From: an uncultured archaeon
GTDB taxonomy: Archaea > Asgardarchaeota > Thorarchaeia > Thorarchaeales > Thorarchaeaceae
Direction: 5' to 3'
Assembly: GCA_964473825.1 (NCBI GenBank)
Contig: CAYYQL010000018.1
Coordinates: 14,622-45,544 of the forward strand
Length of the DNA: 30,923 nt
Part shown: in pieces, positions 25,249 through 30,923 of the stretch
How the letters are laid out: each line of letters begins with the position of its first letter
Position numbering within the stretch: the first letter of the stretch is position 1
Program-made: the position numbers and the translations under genes
Notes under the pieces: model-generated
Told to the model about the DNA's origin: nothing
Seen by the model: only the letters and a program-made list of their open reading frames with translations
Databases searched by the model: none

Positions 25249-28170
25249 TTGTCCAATCAGGAAGCCATCACAACAGCTCCATCAGAAGATGTGGATTATC
25301 ACACGATGCCACTTGATGATGTTGTCAAGCATCTTTCAACCGATGTGGCAAACGGACTCTCAGAGGAAGAGGTCAGGGCACGCCAGCAACAGTATGGGCC
25401 AAACGCCATCAAGAAAGTCAAGGGCAGTTTCTGGAAGGTATACTTGGCACCCATATTGAACTGGCTCATCACGATTTATCTTGTAAGCTCCTTTGCGCTT
25501 CTCTTCTTAGCGTGGGCTTTTCCCTCGCCAGAAACTGACATCAGCCAGGCCCTCCTCTGGTTGGCGGTTGTGACGGTCAATTGCATTGTGGCGATTTTTC
25601 AACAGTTTCGGGCACAGAAGAAGCTCGAAGCACTGGAGAAGCTGTCCACGGGCGAGTGTCGGATCATCCGAAACGGCACCGAGAAGGAAATCCTGCCTCA
25701 GGAGCTTGTGCCCGGTGACATTGTGAAGCTTGAGCAGGGCGACCGCGTGCCTGCTGATGCTCGTCTTGTCAATGCCTCCAATCTCAGTATTAATGAGGCC
25801 TCTCTCACGGGAGAGAGTGTTCCTGTGGCCAAAGAAGAGTCTGCAGAAGTATCAAGAAAGGCTCCCCTCACAGAAATGAAGAACATGGTCTTCCTTGGAA
25901 CATATGTTGCCACTGGAACTGCTTTGTCTATCGCAACAGCAACAGGTAGTAATACTGAGATTGGCAAGATACAGGGCTCTCTTGAACGACTGAATACAGG
26001 TGATATTCCTCTCAGGAAGAAGGTGAACAGGCTTGCGAAGTACCTCGGGATAGCCGCGGTCGGCCTTATGATCATCTCCATCCTATGGCGTGCCTTAGTT
26101 CTTCCACTGCTGGATGCTTCTGGTTTTGACTTCGGCATCTATGCGGTTGCTGCCCATCTCACTGAGGGAATAACCAGGGCAATGACGATCATGCCCATCA
26201 ATATCCCCCTGTTGACTACAATCGTGCTCTTGACAGGAGTATTGGCAATGGCCAAACAGGGAGTCATCATACGCGACCTCTCCGCCGTGGAGAGCCTAGG
26301 CCGGGTCAGCGTTATCTGTTCAGACAAGACCGGTACCATGACACGCAATGCAATGACTGTCACTTACATCTGCGACATGGAGCATCTCTACAAGGTGACA
26401 GGAACAGGCTACGAGCCTGAGGGCGCAGTCTATCGTGTACGAGATTCGAAACTCCGGGATAGCGCGAATCCTGAAGACTTGACGCTTGTTTCAGATATTT
26501 CTAATATGCCCCCCCTCAAGAAACTCATAGTATGTGGAGGAATCAACAACGACGCTGCTCTCATCAAGAAGCAGGTCACTGAAGAGGGTGAAGAAGTATG
26601 GACTCCTCTGGGTGATCCAACCGATGCTGCCCTTCTGACTTTGTTCCGCAAGAGTGGCTTAGATGAAGATGCGATTCGTTCTCAGTATAAGATTGTTGAA
26701 GAATTCCCCTTCGAGTCAGAACTCAAGAGGATGTCTAAGATATGCGAGGACGATAGTACGTACATTGCTTTTGTCAAGGGCGCCACTGAGGTGCTTCTTG
26801 AGCGCTGTGACTCAGTTCACAAGGGGAATAACGTATCTACACTGGACTCGGAGACGCGGCACAAGATAGAAGAGATGTCTGTATCATTTGCAGAGCAAGG
26901 CTATCGGGTCATTTCTTTGGCCTACAAGAACATGAATACAGTGCCTCGGTCGAACCGAGCACGTGAAGAGACAGAGAGCGGTCTTACATATATCGGGTTC
27001 GCCTCGTTGGTTGACCCGCCGAGATATGGGGTCCGCGAGGCTATAGATGCCTGCCACAGTGCAGGGATCAATGTCATTATGATTACGGGTGATGCCTCAG
27101 CAACTGCAAAGACTATTGCCTCAGATCTCAATATCATGTCTGACTTCTCTCTCGTCGCTGAGGGCACCGAGATTCCTGACCTGTCAGATGATGACTTTGG
27201 GCGAGTCAATGTGTTTGCCCGTGTTAATCCGGAGCATAAACAGGTCATCGTGGAGCGGTATCAGGATCAGGGTAAAGTAGTCGCTATGACTGGGGACGGA
27301 GTCAACGATGCGCTCGCGTTGGCGATGAGTGATGCTGGCATTGCAATGGGCATTACAGGCACCGATGTGGCCAAGGAGGCGGCTGACCTGGTCATCACCG
27401 ATGACAGTTTTGCTTCTATCGTGACCGGGGTTCACGAAGGACGAGGCCTGTTTGCCAAGATACGAATGATGGTGTATTTCTATATAGCCGTCAATCTCTT
27501 TGAGAGCATCATATTTTTCGGGGCGTTGTTCTTCCTTCCCGCGTATGTCAACATGCTGTCCTCATGGCAGAGCCTCTATCTTGTTGTGACAACGCACTCT
27601 TTTCCAGGTCTGGCTCTTGTGTTTGATAAGGTGTCACCCAATGCAATGAAAGAGAAACCTCGAGATAGCGAGGAGATAATCAACAGACCGTTTGCCAAGT
27701 TCATGGCCATCAATGTCCTCCTTATGGCCTTCGGAACAGGCATGGTATATTTCCTGACATTCACTGGTTGGATGGGAGTGGTCGGTCTGTATCCTGAGAA
27801 TATTGCCGGAACCTACGCAGGGATTGTAGACGCTCCCTTGAAAGCCACTATCATGATGCTAACAGTAATCCTCTTGGTGGAGAGCACATTAGTATTGACC
27901 ATACGCAGAATCAACATGCCCCTTCACGAGAGCCTGCGAGAGCCTGGCACCATTAGGTATGTATTCTTCCTGGGACTCATCTACTTGGCACATCTCCTGC
28001 TGATGTATGTGCCTGTCGTACAGGACATACTGAGTCTCTACGGTTTGGACTTCTACTTCATGCCGCTCACATCATACGACTGGTTCATCTGCATTATCTT
28101 GTCTCTTCCTGCAATCGTCGGAATGGAACTGTACAAGATGTACCTTAGGGACCGAAACATAGAGCTGTAA
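25249..28170 (+). CDS. P-type ATPase, P2-like backbone with atypical transport site
   Basis: GDRVPAD, LTGES, CSDKTGT, KGATE, DPPR, MITGD, TGDGVNDA; about 10 TM; TM4 reads PINIP instead of PEGLP. Confidence 0.95.
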   Translation: MSNQEAITTAPSEDVDYHTMPLDDVVKHLSTDVANGLSEEEVRARQQQYGPNAIKKVKGSFWKVYLAPILNWLITIYLVSSFALLFLAWAFPSPETDISQALLWLAVVTVNCIVAIFQQFRAQKKLEALEKLSTGECRIIRNGTEKEILPQELVPGDIVKLEQGDRVPADARLVNASNLSINEASLTGESVPVAKEESAEVSRKAPLTEMKNMVFLGTYVATGTALSIATATGSNTEIGKIQGSLERLNTGDIPLRKKVNRLAKYLGIAAVGLMIISILWRALVLPLLDASGFDFGIYAVAAHLTEGITRAMTIMPINIPLLTTIVLLTGVLAMAKQGVIIRDLSAVESLGRVSVICSDKTGTMTRNAMTVTYICDMEHLYKVTGTGYEPEGAVYRVRDSKLRDSANPEDLTLVSDISNMPPLKKLIVCGGINNDAALIKKQVTEEGEEVWTPLGDPTDAALLTLFRKSGLDEDAIRSQYKIVEEFPFESELKRMSKICEDDSTYIAFVKGATEVLLERCDSVHKGNNVSTLDSETRHKIEEMSVSFAEQGYRVISLAYKNMNTVPRSNRAREETESGLTYIGFASLVDPPRYGVREAIDACHSAGINVIMITGDASATAKTIASDLNIMSDFSLVAEGTEIPDLSDDDFGRVNVFARVNPEHKQVIVERYQDQGKVVAMTGDGVNDALALAMSDAGIAMGITGTDVAKEAADLVITDDSFASIVTGVHEGRGLFAKIRMMVYFYIAVNLFESIIFFGALFFLPAYVNMLSSWQSLYLVVTTHSFPGLALVFDKVSPNAMKEKPRDSEEIINRPFAKFMAINVLLMAFGTGMVYFLTFTGWMGVVGLYPENIAGTYAGIVDAPLKATIMMLTVILLVESTLVLTIRRINMPLHESLREPGTIRYVFFLGLIYLAHLLLMYVPVVQDILSLYGLDFYFMPLTSYDWFICIILSLPAIVGMELYKMYLRDRNIEL

Positions 28171-28399
28171 AGAATTCATGGTGATTGTGTTCCAGATCTC
28201 CTCTACTATGTTCGGTTTGCGTCCCTCCCTTGTAGATACTGAAAATCTCGGGGCGCTACAGAAACAGAAGATATCTTCCCACAGATGACCTGTTCAAGGG
28301 TTCATGGTGAGGTATCTATGTATTCTGTATACGCTCCGTATCTACTATGGGAACTCTATATATAATTGTCAGAGTTAGTCTTACTCGGATGAAATAGCC

Positions 28400-29254
28400 T
28401 TGGCGCGAAAGACAACTCACAAGATTCAGTTGATGAAGGAAAAGGGTCAGAAGATTGTCATGCTCACAGCATATGACGCTCCTACAGCTAAGATACTGAG
28501 CGAATGCGGTGTTGACATCATTCTTGTGGGCGATTCCGTGGGGAACTCACTCTTGGGTTACGAAAGTACAATCCCTGTGACTCTTGAGGATGTTATCCAT
28601 CATTGTGCAGCTGTGAAACGTGGCGGGCCAAAATCGCTGATTGTCGGGGACATGCCTTTCATGTCCTATAAGGTCTCCATAGAACAGGCTCTTGAGAACT
28701 GTGGTCGGATGCTGCAACAAGGTGGTGCTGAAGCAGTGAAGATTGAGGGGGCAGGGAGAGTGCTGCCAACGGTTGAGGCCATTGTGGACGCGGGCATACC
28801 TGTCATGGGCCACATCGGGCTGACGCCACAGTCGGTTTTCGAGCTTGGTGGCTATAGAGTACAAGGGCGGACAGCGGGCAAGGCTGAACTTCTTGTTGAA
28901 CAGGCAGAAGCCCTTGAATCGGCGGGCGCGTTCTCTCTGGTGATCGAACTCGTTCCCAGCGAGACTGCAAGGCTCATCACAGAGGCTGTTGATATTCCAA
29001 CTATTGGCATTGGCGCCGGCCCTCACTGCGATGGGCAAGTCTTGGTCTTATGGGACATGCTGGGGTTGTTTGAGGAATTCAAACCAAAATTTGTGAAGAA
29101 ATACGCAGACATCCGAAGCGTGATAGTCAAGGCAGTGCAAGAGTATTCTGATGACGTTAGGACGGGGAGCTTCCCCGACTCTGATCACAGCTTCGAGATG
29201 TCTGAGGAGGAATCAGGCCGTCTGTACGGACGAGTCAAGCCCAATGATGAATAG
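28400..29254 (+). CDS. panB: 3-methyl-2-oxobutanoate hydroxymethyltransferase
   Basis: MLTAYD, ILVGDS, GDMPFMSY, VKIEG, GHIGLTPQS, IGIGAG..CDGQVLV. Confidence 0.97.
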   Translation: MARKTTHKIQLMKEKGQKIVMLTAYDAPTAKILSECGVDIILVGDSVGNSLLGYESTIPVTLEDVIHHCAAVKRGGPKSLIVGDMPFMSYKVSIEQALENCGRMLQQGGAEAVKIEGAGRVLPTVEAIVDAGIPVMGHIGLTPQSVFELGGYRVQGRTAGKAELLVEQAEALESAGAFSLVIELVPSETARLITEAVDIPTIGIGAGPHCDGQVLVLWDMLGLFEEFKPKFVKKYADIRSVIVKAVQEYSDDVRTGSFPDSDHSFEMSEEESGRLYGRVKPNDE

Positions 29255-29255
29255 A

Positions 29256-29462
29256 CTATTCTTCTTTCACAGTCTTGTTCAGGGCATCTACAAGCTTGTC
29301 CGTATCGATGCCATGTGCAGTTGCACCCTGCTCGATATTCTCGTATCTGGCAGCCATGCACCCTACACAATGTAGGCCCCATTCCATGAATGTTCTGGCT
29401 GTCTCTGGCCACTTCATTACTACTTCGGATATGCCCATTTCTTTAGTGATCGTCTGTGCCAT
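29256..29462 (-). CDS. DUF1858-domain (CxxC redox/Fe-S-associated) protein
   Basis: ITKEMGISEVV..WPE...F...GLHCVGC....ENIEQGA.AHGID. Confidence 0.9.
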   Translation of the reverse strand: MAQTITKEMGISEVVMKWPETARTFMEWGLHCVGCMAARYENIEQGATAHGIDTDKLVDALNKTVKEE

Positions 29463-29537
29463 TGTAATCACGCTTTATTCATTATCGTTAATTTTAACAA
29501 TAGTATACAATCGCTGTGGCCTAATATATTTTTGCTA

Positions 29538-30500
29538 TCAGGCCTCGAACACGAAACGGTCTCCCACACATCCCCTGATGTATCTGCTTCCGAAACTATC
29601 TCGCATCTCTTTCTGTGCCTTTGATCCTGTGCAGTGGATGGGCGTGATGTAATGCGGTTGGTGCTTTTCCAGGTCCGAGATTGTTGGATCTATCCTGTCT
29701 TCGTTCTTGCCACCCAAGTGAAATCCTCCAATGATGTTGAGAATATCGTTCTCCTGGGTCATGCTTGAGGCCTGTCGAGTGATGTTGACAACACCAGCGT
29801 GACTACATCCTGCCATTATGACTATCCCTCGCTCACCGACATGTGCCACCAAACAGCTGTCATCAATCACATCTTCATCCTCCACCCATTGTGAGTTGAT
29901 GAATGCCCTATGTCCCGGGAAGCCTCTCTCGTAGGAAGTGGTCCGAGGAATCTCTCCTCCTGTCATAAGGGTGGAGTCGGCAAGGAGCGTTGGATTGGGG
30001 CTGTAGACAAGCCTTCCGCCTGCACTCTCGATCTCCTGCTCTGTCGGCACTCTGGAGAACTCTCGGATTCTTTTCCAGAACAGAAACTTGCGCTCAACAC
30101 CCCTCTTGCGAAACATGGCTTCGTGGACGTAGACAGAAATCTCTGGCTTACCGATGGTCTCTATTGCACCGAGGAGACCGCCCATGTGATCCCAGTGCCC
30201 ATGGCTGATTGCAATCGCATCGATTTGTTCGAGGTCAATCCCTAACTTGGCCGCATTGTACAGGAGCAGTTCGCTCGACGGTCCAGTGTCATACAGCACC
30301 TGATGGGCTTCATCATCAACTTCTGTCTTGACCAAGAGAGCAAGCCCATGCCCTGACCGTAGGTTCAGTTCGTTCTTTTCAGGCTGTTCTATCCATTCAG
30401 GTGGTGGCGAGACTACCGGGGCCGTGGTCTGCTTGTAGCAGACGGAGTTGTCCACTAGGATTACGATCTCAAGTCTGTCTATAGGTTGAAGATGAGTCAC
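29538..30500 (-). CDS. MBL-fold metallo-hydrolase (archaeal DHPS-like family)
   Basis: ILVDN, GHGLALL, LYDTG, SHGHWDHMGG, GCSHAG, GGFHL, PIHCTG. Confidence 0.9.
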   Translation of the reverse strand: MTHLQPIDRLEIVILVDNSVCYKQTTAPVVSPPPEWIEQPEKNELNLRSGHGLALLVKTEVDDEAHQVLYDTGPSSELLLYNAAKLGIDLEQIDAIAISHGHWDHMGGLLGAIETIGKPEISVYVHEAMFRKRGVERKFLFWKRIREFSRVPTEQEIESAGGRLVYSPNPTLLADSTLMTGGEIPRTTSYERGFPGHRAFINSQWVEDEDVIDDSCLVAHVGERGIVIMAGCSHAGVVNITRQASSMTQENDILNIIGGFHLGGKNEDRIDPTISDLEKHQPHYITPIHCTGSKAQKEMRDSFGSRYIRGCVGDRFVFEA

Positions 30501-30524
30501 TTCTCGTCAGTCCTCACAGTCTCT

Positions 30525-30923
30525 CTACACAACCATATGGTCAAGACCCTTGTCCCGCAGGACCTGTGGAAATACCTTGAAGAGCGGCTTAATCTTAGAG
30601 AGAAGACCCAATGCCTTGGGTATGGATCCCTCCATCTTGACCTCTCTCTTAGCCATGGCTATGGTCGTGTTCAGCTTCCCCTGCCAGAACTTGTTCGTGG
30701 TTTCTGATGTGCTCCAAACAGAAATCTCGGGATCAGCATCACTGTCAAACGCCAGAGTACCTAGTTCGCCGTCTGGGCCCGGATTCTTGAAGTCGATTGT
30801 AACATGAAGTTCGGGCTGTTCAATGTCGAATCTTACGATAATTCCCGACTTCTCCAGCTTCTCCATGACTTCTTCATTTTGCTTCGCGCGTTTCCAGAAT
30901 TCCTCAAATACATCTTTCAGTTG
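30525..30923 (-). CDS. SCP2 lipid/sterol-binding domain protein (5'-partial)
   Basis: FWQGKLNTTIAMAKREVKMEGSI SCP2 signature; frame stays open to the window end (QLKDVFEEFWKRAK...). Confidence 0.85.
   Translation of the reverse strand, partial: QLKDVFEEFWKRAKQNEEVMEKLEKSGIIVRFDIEQPELHVTIDFKNPGPDGELGTLAFDSDADPEISVWSTSETTNKFWQGKLNTTIAMAKREVKMEGSIPKALGLLSKIKPLFKVFPQVLRDKGLDHMVV

Noticed and set aside
28202-28349. 9-bp direct repeat tctactatg upstream of panB
   Set aside because: Only two short copies 139 nt apart with no transposase or terminal inverted repeats; compatible with chance.
1-30923. tRNA, rRNA, CRISPR, integrase/transposase or defence genes
   Set aside because: No cloverleaf, rRNA-like segment, repeat-spacer array or recombinase/nuclease motif was recognised; intergenic gaps are all under ~350 nt.

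Overview
Gene-dense archaeal chromosomal window, most likely from an Asgard archaeon (Thorarchaeia-like). This is inferred from a longin/Arf-like GTPase fusion, a second longin-like protein, a giant Ig-like-repeat surface protein, GGTGA-type Shine-Dalgarno sites and archaeal LeuCD/DUF35/SCP2 genes. Left part: the 3' end of a giant single-pass beta-repeat surface protein with an acidic tail, then a tight five-gene operon of unknown function (longin-Arf-like GTPase, coiled-coil protein, small protein with an ESCRT-I steadiness-box-like hairpin, long coiled coil ending in a winged helix, small winged-helix-like protein). Middle: DUF35 protein, acyl-CoA dehydrogenase, Cys-rich longin-like protein, a LeuB/C/D-like cluster lacking a synthase whose dehydrogenase has NADP-type determinants, FAH-family enzyme, GH36 alpha-galactosidase, TPR proteins, HisJ-type PHP phosphatase and an MFS transporter. 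Right part: an S8 protease with the architecture of eukaryotic Site-1 protease, a P2-like P-type ATPase whose PEGL motif is replaced by PINI, panB, DUF1858, an MBL hydrolase and a partial SCP2 protein. No rRNA, tRNA, CRISPR array or mobile element was recognised. Best candidates for undescribed biology: the GTPase operon (4256-7922), the PINI ATPase and the S1P-like protease. All family comparisons were made by eye against remembered consensus sequences; no searches were run.
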